Positions 20,718 through 30,581 of a DNA stretch of 64,000 nt are shown in pieces (positions within the stretch are counted from its first letter, which is position 1; each line of letters starts with the position of its first letter). The notes beneath the pieces were generated by a model, which worked only from the letters and a program-made list of their open reading frames with translations, was not told the DNA's origin and searched no databases. The stretch covers positions 5,263-69,262 of the forward strand of contig JBGMQT010000002.1 of the NCBI GenBank assembly GCA_048060695.1, written 5' to 3'. The position numbers and the translations under genes were made by a program. Source of the stretch: Acidiferrobacterales bacterium. GTDB taxonomy: Bacteria > Pseudomonadota > Gammaproteobacteria > Acidiferrobacterales > JAJDNE01.

Positions 20718-21497
20718 TTACCAAAGCGGCGAGTCCGGGGAAAGTTGTTTAATATTATAGTGTTCCGGGTACTCGACCGAGGTTAGATAGAGTCCATCCG
20801 CACGTGCGGTGATGCCACCCAGGGTGCGGTCCCGCGCCGCCAATACTCTCTGTGCCCAATCCGGCTCCTGCTCTCCGGCACCGATAGTCATCAATACACC
20901 GGCCAGGTTGCGCACCATGTGATGCAAAAAAGCATCGGCATAGGCATGGATAAAAACCATTTCGCTCCGCCGCTGAACCTGCAATGTGCGCAAATTACGC
21001 ACGGGCTCTTTGGCCTGGCAATGCACCGTGCGAAATGACGAAAAATCGTGGGTACCGGTAAGCAGCGTCGCCGCGTCCTGCATGCGCCGCACGTCCAGCG
21101 GTCGGTAGTCCCAGGTCACCTTGCCGCTGAGCCAGGTCGGGTGTACCGGTCGATTGAGAATTACATACTGATAGTGGCGCCCGCTGGCTCGGAAACGGGC
21201 ATGAAAATCATCGTCGACTTCCTTTGCCCACAGGACCGCAACGTCTGGCGGTAAATTACTGTTAATGCCACGCACCCAGGATAGCGGATTGCGAACTGCC
21301 AACGTATCGAAGTGAATCACCTGGCCGGTCGCATGAACACCGGTATCCGTTCGCCCGGCGGTGATCACACGGACGGTTTCATTGGCAACGGCACTTACCG
21401 CTTTCTCGACCACGCCCTGAATGGTGCGCACACTATCTTGCAATTGCCAGCCACAAAAACCGGAACCGTCATATTCAACTATCGCCGCAACTCGCAT
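20718..21497 (-). CDS. truA: tRNA pseudouridine(38-40) synthase
   Basis: 259 aa with VEYDGSGFCGWQ and the catalytic-Asp motif GRTDTGVHA. Confidence 0.95.
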   Translation of the reverse strand: MRVAAIVEYDGSGFCGWQLQDSVRTIQGVVEKAVSAVANETVRVITAGRTDTGVHATGQVIHFDTLAVRNPLSWVRGINSNLPPDVAVLWAKEVDDDFHARFRASGRHYQYVILNRPVHPTWLSGKVTWDYRPLDVRRMQDAATLLTGTHDFSSFRTVHCQAKEPVRNLRTLQVQRRSEMVFIHAYADAFLHHMVRNLAGVLMTIGAGEQEPDWAQRVLAARDRTLGGITARADGLYLTSVEYPEHYNIKQLSPDSPLW

Positions 21498-21550
21498 GGG
21501 TCTACTATTTTCCGCAACAGAATATCTTTATGTAAAACAATAGCGTCGGC

Positions 21551-22885
21551 TCACACTTTAATTTTTGACCATTGGTGTCTCTTCCACATTGACGCAAACA
21601 CCGTTGCCTGAACTGCACGATACACGCCCTGCAGTAACCAGATGCCAATTAATCCGTAACCCATTCCCGGTCCGACTAGCCAGGCCAGTGGCAAAAACAC
21701 CAACCATTGCATACCAATCGCCACTTTCATTACGCGTTTGTTGTCCCCTGCCCCTAACAATGCATTCATCAACACCATTCCCACCGCCTCCATCACCACA
21801 AGAAATCCCGTCAGCTGCATGGGCAACAGGGCCAGTTCAAGCGTCGGCGGATCATGGATAAATATATGCAAAACCAGGCCGGGTGTTACCCACATGGGAA
21901 TGCCCAACAGGCCCATAATAAGCAACGCCACTTTAACCACATCCCAACCCCATTGTGCGGCGTCATCGGCGTCTTTTCGGCCCAGTGCTTGCCCGACCAG
22001 TGTCGCTGCCACCAGACCCATGGCAATACCCGGCAGAAACGCCACCAGCATGACATTGATCAGCACATTGGCAGCGGCCAGCTCGGGTGTTCCCACTTGT
22101 CCAATAATCCAGTACAACGCCATAAAGCCGGCGGAAAAAAACAGCTGCTGAATACCGTTCGGTACCGACAGCCTGATCAAGGTCCGCATTTCCCTGGGTG
22201 TTGGTAATCCCCTCAGGAAGCCGTTCTCTCTCGCGTAGCGCAATCCGAGACCGAGGTAGACGATTGTGCCGATAACAGTCGACAGCGCCGTGGCGATACC
22301 GGCACCTTCGACTCCCAGTACCGGTGCACCGAAATTGCCGAAGATGAGCACGTAGTTCAGAAATATATTGGAACTGTGCATCACCACCAGCGTCCACATA
22401 TAGAGACGCGACAGATCCACCGCATTCCAGTACCCGCGAAACGCAAAATTACTGCCGACAAACACAATCGCCAGTACGCGCGCTTCCAGGTAGGGCGTGC
22501 CCGCCGCGATCACATCGGGATCGCTATTAATGTAGGGGTAGAGATAAGGTACCAGGAAATACAACAGGACCGACAAAACCGGCGCCGCCAACCACACCAG
22601 TAACAAGCCACCATTCAGCGAATAAGCGGTTTCACCCAGACGCAGCTCCCCTTTGCGACGAGCGGCCATCGCCTGCACGCCGGTCGCAACTCCCAGGATC
22701 AATGACTGGGCCATGAAGGCAGCAAAACCGCCGATGCCAACGGCGGCCAGTGCGGCGTTTCCAAGCGTACCCACCATGGCCGTATCCACCAGATTAAGAA
22801 TGTTTTGCGACACCATGCCCCCGATAACGGGTAAAGCCAGCACCAGGACACGTCGGGCACGGTCAGATTTCAGGAAAGCTCTCAA
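21551..22885 (-). CDS. MATE family efflux transporter
   Basis: 444 aa with about 12 TM segments and the N-terminal LALPVIGGMVSQNILNLVDTAMVG typical of MATE/NorM proteins. The TTG start has a GAGGA SD. Confidence 0.85.
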   Translation of the reverse strand: MRAFLKSDRARRVLVLALPVIGGMVSQNILNLVDTAMVGTLGNAALAAVGIGGFAAFMAQSLILGVATGVQAMAARRKGELRLGETAYSLNGGLLLVWLAAPVLSVLLYFLVPYLYPYINSDPDVIAAGTPYLEARVLAIVFVGSNFAFRGYWNAVDLSRLYMWTLVVMHSSNIFLNYVLIFGNFGAPVLGVEGAGIATALSTVIGTIVYLGLGLRYARENGFLRGLPTPREMRTLIRLSVPNGIQQLFFSAGFMALYWIIGQVGTPELAAANVLINVMLVAFLPGIAMGLVAATLVGQALGRKDADDAAQWGWDVVKVALLIMGLLGIPMWVTPGLVLHIFIHDPPTLELALLPMQLTGFLVVMEAVGMVLMNALLGAGDNKRVMKVAIGMQWLVFLPLAWLVGPGMGYGLIGIWLLQGVYRAVQATVFASMWKRHQWSKIKV

Positions 22886-22984
22886 AATGGTCCTCAGTAA
22901 AATCTCTCACTGGTAAGAATGATGGTTACAACCGGGGTTACGGGAAGGGATGTGACAATGCCGTGGAGAATACCGTCGCCCTTT

Positions 22985-23305
22985 TTACAGGGTGATGACT
23001 TTATCTGAATTCTTGATCATTTCGTACAGTGCGCCCATGGAGGCCGATTGGCAATTTTTGGGAGTGGGTTGGTTGCGCAAGCTCATACACGTACCGCAGC
23101 TAAACATTCTGCCGCCTTTTTGGGCGAATTCGCCCATTTTGTCGGTGGTTCCAAATTCGGTGGTATCAAGTGATTCCACCTCAACGCCCTCGGCGAGCAG
23201 AAATACCGTTACGTCATCACCACAACTCAAGGCCAGAATGCCCAAACGAAAGGCATTCCATACCGTTTCCGGATCATTTGAATATATAACTACCCCTAGT
23301 TTCAC
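22985..23305 (-). CDS. DsrE/DsrF-like family protein (function unknown)
   Basis: 106 aa. The MKLGVVIYSNDPE...VFLLAEGV...SCGTCM pattern resembles small DsrE-fold proteins. The start is GTG. Confidence 0.65.
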   Translation of the reverse strand: MKLGVVIYSNDPETVWNAFRLGILALSCGDDVTVFLLAEGVEVESLDTTEFGTTDKMGEFAQKGGRMFSCGTCMSLRNQPTPKNCQSASMGALYEMIKNSDKVITL

Positions 23306-23472
23306 TGAAATTCCCCGTTTCTTGCGCGAGTAGCTTTCTCTTACATGATAGCCGAACTAACACTGACCGTACCCGGACGCCAAAATCATGACTTCTGGCA
23401 TGTTTTCAACGATCAAAGCTGTCGTGACAGTGGCAATTGCCTCACGTTACAGCGACAACCCGGTCAAGGCGC

Positions 23473-23646
23473 CTAACGAACGATGGCGTAATAAATAACG
23501 TAGACCCAGGAAAGAATGCCATGAATGATGGCCCACAGAATAGACTTGTTGGCGCTCCAGGATATGGCAATGGCGAGCGCCGTACCAAAACCAATGCCGG
23601 TTCGAACTGCGGGGCTCCAGACGGTACGTACAATTTTTGCTTCCAT
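23473..23646 (-). CDS. Small hypothetical membrane protein (57 aa)
   Basis: My own translation gives MEAKIVRTVWSPAVRTGIGFGTALAIAISWSANKSILWAIIHGILSWVYVIYYAIVR*. A strong AGAGGAG SD lies 8 nt upstream, the ORF starts 31 nt after the parC stop, and it has two hydrophobic segments. It is below the track cut-off. Confidence 0.65.
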   Translation of the reverse strand: MEAKIVRTVWSPAVRTGIGFGTALAIAISWSANKSILWAIIHGILSWVYVIYYAIVR

Positions 23647-23677
23647 TTAATCATCTCCTCTACCAGACCCAAAAAGC

Positions 23678-26026
23678 CTACTCGTTGACTTCCATGGAAT
23701 CCACCTTTTGATATCCCTTGGGTAACTTCATACCGCGAAGTGCGCGTTCGCCGATGTAGTAATCTAGATCACCTACCGTGAGCCTGCGTTTCTTCTGGCC
23801 GGCATAGACCGTTAATCCTTTGTTCTCCGGGAACACACACATCGAGACGACATACTCGTCACGGACAACCGCTTTCCTGGTGGGTATATTGATTATCCTG
23901 ATACCCTTGCCACGCGCCATCTGTGGAAGTTCCCCCACCATAAACGTCAACAGTCGCCCGATGTTAGTCACAGCTGCGATCCAGTCTTGCTCATATTCCA
24001 TCACCCGTTGTGGCGGCAATACCCGGGCGCCGGCGGGTACCTTGAGGACCGCCTTGCCGTTCCTGTTTTTGGTGACCATGTCTTCAAGTTTGGCAATAAA
24101 TCCGTAACCGGCGTCACTGGTCATCAAGTAAAGATCTTCCGGCTGACCCATAACAACGCCGGCAAAGGTCGCCCCGTGCGGTGGATTAAAATAACTGGCA
24201 ACCGGGTCACCCTGGCCGCGCGCTGATGGCAGTTTATGTGCCGGCATGGAATAGGCACGACCCGTAGAATCGAAAAAGATCGCCAGCTGATTACTCTTGC
24301 CGCGGGCTTGATGCAACCAGGCGTCGCCAGCCTTGTAAACCAATGTGCGCGGGTCAACCTCATGCCCCTTGGCGGCACGGACCAGTCCTTTCTGCGACAG
24401 GATCACCGTAATCGGCTCGGTCGGGATCAGTGAAGCCTGGTCAATGGCGCGGGCACCTTCGCGCGAGACTATGGGCGAACGACGTTCATCGCCAAACTCG
24501 TGCACATCTTCCTTGAGTTCATTTTTCACCAGTGTCTTCAGCCGTGCCTTGGACTTCAGTATTTTCGCCAGATTGTCACGCTCAATAGTCAACTCTTCCT
24601 GTTCGCCATGGATTTTCATTTCTTCCAGCTTGGCCAAATGACGCAACCTGGTTTCGAGAATGGCTTCTGCCTGAATATCTGATAATTTGAAGCGCTTCAT
24701 CAGCGCTGGTTTGGGTTTGTCTTGCTTGCGGATGATGCGTATCACTTCATCAAGATTGAGATAGGCGACCATTAAGCCCTTAAGGATGTGCAACCGCGCC
24801 ACCACGCGGTCGTAGCGATATTGCAAACGACGACGTACGGTTTCGAGTCGGTATTCGATCCACTCGCGCAGCAGATCACGCAAGTTATAAACTTGCGGAC
24901 GCCCTTTAAGGCCGATCATGTTGATATTGACGCGGTAGTTGCGTTCAAGGTCGGTGGTGGCAAACAGGTGCGACATCAGTTGATCCACATCGATACGGTT
25001 TGAACGCGGCACGATGACAAGTCGCACCGGATTTTCATGATCTGATTCGTCTCGCAGGTCTTCCACCATCGGTAATTTCCTGGCTTGCATCTGCGCCGCT
25101 ATCTGTTCCAGGATCTTGCTGGTCGACAACTGATGTGGCAACGAGGTGATGACGATCTCACCCTCTTCTTTGGTCCAAACCGCACGCATCTTGATGCTGC
25201 CATTACCGGTCTCGTACATCTGGCGAATTTCATTACGAGGAGTGATTATCTCGGCCTCGGTGGCATAATCCGGTCCCTGAATATGTTTCAACAAATCTTT
25301 CACTGTTGAGCTGGGTTTATCCAGCAATTGCACACAGGCATTTACAATTTCGCGCGCATTATGCGGCGGGATATCCGTTGCCATGCCCACTGCAATACCG
25401 GTGGTGCCATTAAGTAATACATTGGGTAGTCGCGCTGGAAGGGTTTTGGGTTCCTCCAGCGTGCCATCAAAATTGGGGATCCAGTCCACCGTACCCTGCC
25501 CCAGCTCGGATAACAGTGCCTGCGAGTAGCGCGTCAGTCGCGCCTCCGTATATCGCATCGCCGCAAATGACTTGGGATCATCCAGCGAGCCCCAGTTTCC
25601 CTGCCCATCAACCAGCGGGTAACGATAACTGAAAGGTTGTGCCATCAGTACCATGGCCTCATAACAGGCACTGTCCCCATGGGGATGAAACTTGCCCAAT
25701 ACATCACCAATGGTGCGGGCGGATTTCTTGAACTTGGCAGCGGCATTAAGACCGAGCTCCGACATGGCATAAATAATACGTCGCTGCACCGGTTTGAGAC
25801 CGTCACCAATGTGCGGCAAGGCGCGATCAAGGATGACGTACATGGAGTAATTGAGATAAGCGGTCTCGGTGAATTTTGAAACCGGCTGGGTTTCGACTAA
25901 AGCCAGTTTTGGGCGCGCGATTTTAGTGCCGGCTTTCTTCGCAGATTTTTTTGCTGCTGACTTCTTGCGTACCGGCTTTTTCGCTTTCGTCTTTTTCTTC
26001 GCGGTTTTCTTTTTGGACACTGCCAT
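23678..26026 (-). CDS. parC: DNA topoisomerase IV subunit A, with lysine-rich N-terminal extension
   Basis: It carries [29 protein letters not shown] and the catalytic-Tyr region AAMRYTE. I set the start to the ATG 2 nt after the parE stop ([12 protein letters not shown]...). The track start at 26068 overlaps parE. Confidence 0.95.
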   Translation of the reverse strand: MAVSKKKTAKKKTKAKKPVRKKSAAKKSAKKAGTKIARPKLALVETQPVSKFTETAYLNYSMYVILDRALPHIGDGLKPVQRRIIYAMSELGLNAAAKFKKSARTIGDVLGKFHPHGDSACYEAMVLMAQPFSYRYPLVDGQGNWGSLDDPKSFAAMRYTEARLTRYSQALLSELGQGTVDWIPNFDGTLEEPKTLPARLPNVLLNGTTGIAVGMATDIPPHNAREIVNACVQLLDKPSSTVKDLLKHIQGPDYATEAEIITPRNEIRQMYETGNGSIKMRAVWTKEEGEIVITSLPHQLSTSKILEQIAAQMQARKLPMVEDLRDESDHENPVRLVIVPRSNRIDVDQLMSHLFATTDLERNYRVNINMIGLKGRPQVYNLRDLLREWIEYRLETVRRRLQYRYDRVVARLHILKGLMVAYLNLDEVIRIIRKQDKPKPALMKRFKLSDIQAEAILETRLRHLAKLEEMKIHGEQEELTIERDNLAKILKSKARLKTLVKNELKEDVHEFGDERRSPIVSREGARAIDQASLIPTEPITVILSQKGLVRAAKGHEVDPRTLVYKAGDAWLHQARGKSNQLAIFFDSTGRAYSMPAHKLPSARGQGDPVASYFNPPHGATFAGVVMGQPEDLYLMTSDAGYGFIAKLEDMVTKNRNGKAVLKVPAGARVLPPQRVMEYEQDWIAAVTNIGRLLTFMVGELPQMARGKGIRIINIPTRKAVVRDEYVVSMCVFPENKGLTVYAGQKKRRLTVGDLDYYIGERALRGMKLPKGYQKVDSMEVNE

Positions 26027-26028
26027 TT

Positions 26029-27918
26029 CTATATCACCTCGGCCTCGCCACCCTTCTTCTCCAGCCATTTTTTACGATCAGCAGCGCGTTTCTTGGCAAG
26101 CAACATATCCATCACACGATTGGTGGCATCACCTGGCTTCACCGTCAGTTGCACCAGGCGCCGCGTCGCCGGATCCATCGTGGTTTCACGCAACTGTATG
26201 GGATTCATTTCACCCAGTCCCTTGAAGCGTTGCACGTTAACCTTACCGCGTAACTTGTCTTCCTTGATGCGTTTTAAAACCTGTGTCTTCTCTTTGTCAT
26301 CGAGCGCATAAAACACGTGTTTCCCAACATCAATACGATACAGAGGCGGCATGGCGACATAGATATGGCCTGACTTTACCAACGCCGGAAAGTGGCGCAC
26401 GAACAGGGCACACAATAATGTCGCAATATGCAGACCGTCGGAATCGGCATCGGCAAGGATACACAGCTTGCCGTAACGCAGGCCATCGAGATTGCTTGAA
26501 CCAGGATCCACCCCGAGGGCCACGGCGATATCGTGTACCTCCTTCGAACCCAGCACTTCGGCCGGGTCCACCTCCCAGGTATTGAGTATCTTGCCACGCA
26601 ATGGCATCACCGCCTGGAATACACGGTTGCGTGCCTGTTTGGCGGAACCACCGGCGGAGTCACCCTCCACCAGGAACAACTCGGCCAGATCGAGATCACT
26701 ACTGCTGCAGTCGGCAAGTTTACCCGGCAGGGCCGGGCCGGCGCTGACCTTCTTGCGCTCCACGCGTTTGCCGGCACGCAATCGTGCTTGCGCACTCTCG
26801 ATTACCAGTTGCGCAATGTCTTCGGCAATTTTGACGTGCTGGTTTAGCCACAAACTGAATGTATCCTTGGCCACATTGGAAACAAAGACTGCGGCTTCGC
26901 GTGACGACAGACGGTCTTTGGTTTGACCGGAGAACTGCGGATCCTGCATTTTTATCGATAATACGTAACTGCATTTACCCCACACATCTTCCGCGGAAAT
27001 CTTGACACCTTTCGGTAACAGCGAGCGCAATTCGCAAAAATCCCGCAAGGCATCGGTCAACCCGCTGCGAAATCCATTGATGTGAGTACCATCCTGCGGG
27101 GTCGGTATCAGATTGACGTAACTCTCGGTCAACAGCTCGTCACCTTCCGGCACCCACACCACTACCCAGTCAGCGGCCTCGGTATCGGTGGTTACGGAAC
27201 CGGTAAAGGGTTCTTCAGGTAACAGTTCGTACCCGGCTACCTCTTCCAGCAAATAGTCGGTCAGCCCTTGATCGAACTGCCATTCCTCATCGTCCTTTTT
27301 GCTGGCTTCGTTGGTGAACGACACGTAAAGACCGGGGCACAATACCGCCTTGGCTCGCAGAACATGCTTAAGACGCGGGACACTGATTTTGATCGAATCA
27401 AAGAATTGCGGGTTTGGCCAGAAGTGCACCAGCGTGCCGGTATCACCTTTGGCGGCCTTGCCAATGGATTTTAGTTCCGATGTTTTCTGGCCATCGGCAA
27501 ATGCCATTTTGTAGTGCTTGCCGGTTCGCCAAATCTCCACCTCAAGTTTTGACGACAGCGCGTTGACCACGGAGACACCGACGCCATGCAGGCCACCGGA
27601 AAATGTGTAATTTTTATTGGAGAATTTACCCCCGGCGTGCAGGCGCGTCAGTATTACCTCCACACCCGATACCTTTTCTTCCTTGTGTTTGTCCACCGGC
27701 ATGCCACGACCGTCATCGACCACACTGACCGAGCCATCTTTGTGCAGCGTGACTTCCAGTGTGGTGGCATGACCGGCGATGGCCTCATCGACACTATTAT
27801 CGATTACCTCCTGCGCCAGATGATTGGGGCGCTCGGTCTGGGTATACATACCCGGGCGCTTGCGCACTGGCTCCAGCCCGGTCAGGACTTCAATGGCGGA
27901 AGAATCGTATGAGGACAT
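26029..27918 (-). CDS. parE: DNA topoisomerase IV subunit B
   Basis: 629 aa with the GHKL ATPase domain (GLHGVG), the Toprim EGDSAGG motif, and PLRGKILN. Confidence 0.96.
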   Translation of the reverse strand: MSSYDSSAIEVLTGLEPVRKRPGMYTQTERPNHLAQEVIDNSVDEAIAGHATTLEVTLHKDGSVSVVDDGRGMPVDKHKEEKVSGVEVILTRLHAGGKFSNKNYTFSGGLHGVGVSVVNALSSKLEVEIWRTGKHYKMAFADGQKTSELKSIGKAAKGDTGTLVHFWPNPQFFDSIKISVPRLKHVLRAKAVLCPGLYVSFTNEASKKDDEEWQFDQGLTDYLLEEVAGYELLPEEPFTGSVTTDTEAADWVVVWVPEGDELLTESYVNLIPTPQDGTHINGFRSGLTDALRDFCELRSLLPKGVKISAEDVWGKCSYVLSIKMQDPQFSGQTKDRLSSREAAVFVSNVAKDTFSLWLNQHVKIAEDIAQLVIESAQARLRAGKRVERKKVSAGPALPGKLADCSSSDLDLAELFLVEGDSAGGSAKQARNRVFQAVMPLRGKILNTWEVDPAEVLGSKEVHDIAVALGVDPGSSNLDGLRYGKLCILADADSDGLHIATLLCALFVRHFPALVKSGHIYVAMPPLYRIDVGKHVFYALDDKEKTQVLKRIKEDKLRGKVNVQRFKGLGEMNPIQLRETTMDPATRRLVQLTVKPGDATNRVMDMLLAKKRAADRKKWLEKKGGEAEVI

Positions 27919-27983
27919 ACAGGTTAAACAGGATCCGGAGTCATTTACAAATTGTTGTGGTTTGTCCGGGAAGGAAGTATACC

Positions 27984-28021
27984 AAATAAAATGCCCCGTT
28001 CGGTAAGTCGGGGCTTTTTAT
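27984..28021. terminator. Bidirectional intrinsic terminator after the DUF3501 gene
   Basis: The GCCCCG (27993-27998) / CGGGGC (28009-28014) stem is flanked by AAUAAAAU on one side and UUUUUAUUU on the other. Confidence 0.75.
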
Positions 28022-28043
28022 TTCCAATAGCGCAAACCGCCGG

Positions 28044-28652
28044 TCAGTCGAGATCGGCCGCCAGTGAATCACGAATATTTGCAGGGAGCGGTTCCACTGC
28101 GTGGTGATATTTTTTATGATCGATTCCCACACTAACCGACGCGCCCTGCTTCACCGACTTCGCCATATCCGGTATTAATTCAAAACGCAAAAAGTGTACT
28201 GACGAGGTCTTTTCTTCAGAGTCGCGCTCCAGGTCTTCATCGGCTACAGCGTAGACGCGATCAAAATCGGCCACTTGGACCCAGGTCACATCTTCAATAC
28301 CTACCATTGTAGCCAGCGCGCCTTGACGTTCATCGACATCGACGTACTCGATCATCAATGTGGCTTTCCAGTTACGCCCATCCGGAATCAACGGGTTATA
28401 GGTGTCAAGTTCTTCCTGGATACCTTCGGCCTCAAAAATACGCTCGACACGCAACATCTCCTGAACCTGATACTGCATCACCATACGGTCTTCAAAATAC
28501 AGCGTCGCGTTCGAGCCTACGTGCACCTGGCGGTTTTTCTTGTGCGCCATTACCCGGGCGCGAAATTCTGTTCGCCGGGTAGCGTATTCTTCCAGACTCC
28601 AGAGATCATCACGCGTCAGTTTTTTCATGCTCGTCTCACTGTTTGCTTGCAC
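28044..28652 (-). CDS. DUF3501-like protein (uncharacterised)
   Basis: 202 aa. KKLTRDDLWSLEEY...YFEDRMVMQYQVQEMLRVERIF matches my recollection of DUF3501. It starts either at the GTG at 28652 (GAAGGAG 10 nt upstream) or the ATG at 28628, 18 nt after the Fe-S gene. Confidence 0.7.
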   Translation of the reverse strand: MQANSETSMKKLTRDDLWSLEEYATRRTEFRARVMAHKKNRQVHVGSNATLYFEDRMVMQYQVQEMLRVERIFEAEGIQEELDTYNPLIPDGRNWKATLMIEYVDVDERQGALATMVGIEDVTWVQVADFDRVYAVADEDLERDSEEKTSSVHFLRFELIPDMAKSVKQGASVSVGIDHKKYHHAVEPLPANIRDSLAADLD

Positions 28653-28670
28653 CGTTGAAATACTCCTTCA

Positions 28671-30011
28671 TCAGAGGCCATAGGCCTGGCGTAACAAGGT
28701 CAACGGGTGCTCCGGTTCCTTGCCGCTTTTCAATCCATTTTGAATCTGCTCACCCGCCATCGGGCAGTCACTGGTGTAATGATCGGCATCGGCCTTCTCG
28801 ACACGGCCCACCACCGGCCGACAGATTCTCATAGAGATATCGTGGAACTCTTTTTTCACCGCGTAGGTACCATTGTGTCCCGAACAGCGTTCGATGGTTT
28901 CGATTTCCGTATTCGGGATCAATTCCAGTACTTCCCGCGTCTTGGGACCAATTTTCTGCACCCGCTGGTGACAGGCTACGTGCCATGCGACCTTACCCAA
29001 CGGTTGCTGGAAATCTGTTCTCAGCTTGCCTTCCCTGTGCCGCAACATCAGGTATTCAAAGGGATCGAAAAAGGCGTCCCGTACCCGGGCCACATCCGTA
29101 TCGTCCGGGAACATCAATGGTAATTCCTGTTTGAACATCAGCACACAACTGGGCACCGGGGCCACCAGGTCGTAACCTTCATCCACCATTTTAACCAGCA
29201 CCGGTATATTGGCCTCCTTGGCGGCTGCGACAGCGTCAAGATCACCCAGTTCCAGCTTGGGCATCCCGCAACACTGCTCTTTTTCCGCCAACACCATCGG
29301 TATGCCATTGTGCTCAAACACCTTTATCAGATCTTCACCAATCTCCGGTGCATTGCGGTTGCCGTAACAAGTAGCAAACAGCGCAACCTTACCCCTGGTA
29401 TCGGCGGTCGGTTCCGCATTCAATTGCGTGATATGGCTCCGCATACGCTTGTGCAATGTCTTGCTGTAATATTTTGGAAGCACTGCATCGGCGTGAATAC
29501 CCGTAACGGCCTGCATCACGTTTCTTACAGGTTTTAACTGGTTGGCGGTGTTAACGATCTGTGCCACCACTGGAATGCCGGCAAATTTACCGACGGTATC
29601 GGTGGCACTTAACATGCGGTCGCGCGCGCGGGCGCCTTCTTTCTTGAAACGTATCGCTTTGGCACGCAACATCAGGTGCGGGAAATCCACATTCCATTCG
29701 TGCGGCGGCACATAAGGACACTTGGTTAAATAGCAGAGGTCGCAGAGGTAACAATGGTCAACGACCTTCCAGTAATCTTTCTTGTCGACACCATCAACCT
29801 CCATGGTGTCGGACTCGTCCACCAGATCAAATAATAGCGGAAAGGAATTGCAGAGACTGACGCAACGACGACAACCATGACAAATGTCAAAGACGCGCTC
29901 GAGTTCCTGGTTTAACGCGTCCTCGTCCCAGAATTCCGTAGCCTTCCAGTCCAGGGCGTGGCGTGTGGGTGCATCGAGATTGCCTTCACGTGTGCCGGTG
30001 GGTACTGCCAT
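28671..30011 (-). CDS. (Fe-S)-binding oxidoreductase, 2x[4Fe-4S] ferredoxin motifs + two CCG domains (HdrD/GlpC-like)
   Basis: 446 aa with CHGCRRCVSLC and CYLCDLCYLTKCP cluster motifs, a CCG motif (EQCCGMP), and a second degenerate CCG-like region (ERCSGHNG). Confidence 0.85.
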   Translation of the reverse strand: MAVPTGTREGNLDAPTRHALDWKATEFWDEDALNQELERVFDICHGCRRCVSLCNSFPLLFDLVDESDTMEVDGVDKKDYWKVVDHCYLCDLCYLTKCPYVPPHEWNVDFPHLMLRAKAIRFKKEGARARDRMLSATDTVGKFAGIPVVAQIVNTANQLKPVRNVMQAVTGIHADAVLPKYYSKTLHKRMRSHITQLNAEPTADTRGKVALFATCYGNRNAPEIGEDLIKVFEHNGIPMVLAEKEQCCGMPKLELGDLDAVAAAKEANIPVLVKMVDEGYDLVAPVPSCVLMFKQELPLMFPDDTDVARVRDAFFDPFEYLMLRHREGKLRTDFQQPLGKVAWHVACHQRVQKIGPKTREVLELIPNTEIETIERCSGHNGTYAVKKEFHDISMRICRPVVGRVEKADADHYTSDCPMAGEQIQNGLKSGKEPEHPLTLLRQAYGL

Positions 30012-30111
30012 ACTGATCTTCCTGCTTCAAATCTTGATCTCAGGGTCGCAAACTCGGTCCGGCCCCACACCCCTCCACACGGGAGGGGCAGGACCGACAA
30101 TCCAGTGTCAC

Positions 30112-30528
30112 CTAGTCAAGATTATCCAGTGCCTTCTGGAAACGGTTGGCGTGGGAACGCTCGGCTTTCGCCAGAGTTTCAAACCAATCGGCGATTTCGT
30201 CAAAATTTTCCTCACGGGCAGTCTTGGCCATACCCGGGTACATATCAGTGTACTCGTGGGTCTCTCCGGCAATCGATGCCTTGAGGTTGTCCTCGGTGCC
30301 ACCAATGGGTAAACCGGTCGCGGGGTCGCCACAGGCTTCCAGGTATTCCAGGTGGCCATGAGCGTGGCCGGTTTCACCCTCTGCGGTTGAACGAAAGACA
30401 ATTGAAACATCATTGTAGCCTTCCACATCAGCCTTGGCCGCAAAGTACAAATAGCGACGATTCGCCTGCGATTCACCTGCAAAGGCGTCTTTCAGACTCT
30501 GCTCGGTTTTGCTTCCTTTAAGATCCAT
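30112..30528 (-). CDS. Rubrerythrin-family diiron protein (no rubredoxin domain)
   Basis: 138 aa beginning [26 protein letters not shown]. Its diiron ligands follow the E...ExxH pattern twice (EGETGH, ERSH). I set the start to the internal ATG at 30528; the track N-terminus (to 30651) is non-homologous and covers the promoter. Confidence 0.88.
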   Translation of the reverse strand: MDLKGSKTEQSLKDAFAGESQANRRYLYFAAKADVEGYNDVSIVFRSTAEGETGHAHGHLEYLEACGDPATGLPIGGTEDNLKASIAGETHEYTDMYPGMAKTAREENFDEIADWFETLAKAERSHANRFQKALDNLD

Positions 30529-30581
30529 TTTTCTCACCATATTCAGTTTAACAGTTAGTGTAGGTACAAAATCGGAAAACC

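Noticed and set aside
23437-23688. Track ORFs 23437-23688 (+, 83 aa) and 23442-23672 (-, 76 aa).
   Set aside because: Neither has an SD or plausible protein features. A third frame on the minus strand gives a 57-aa membrane protein with a strong SD, which explains the open frames better.
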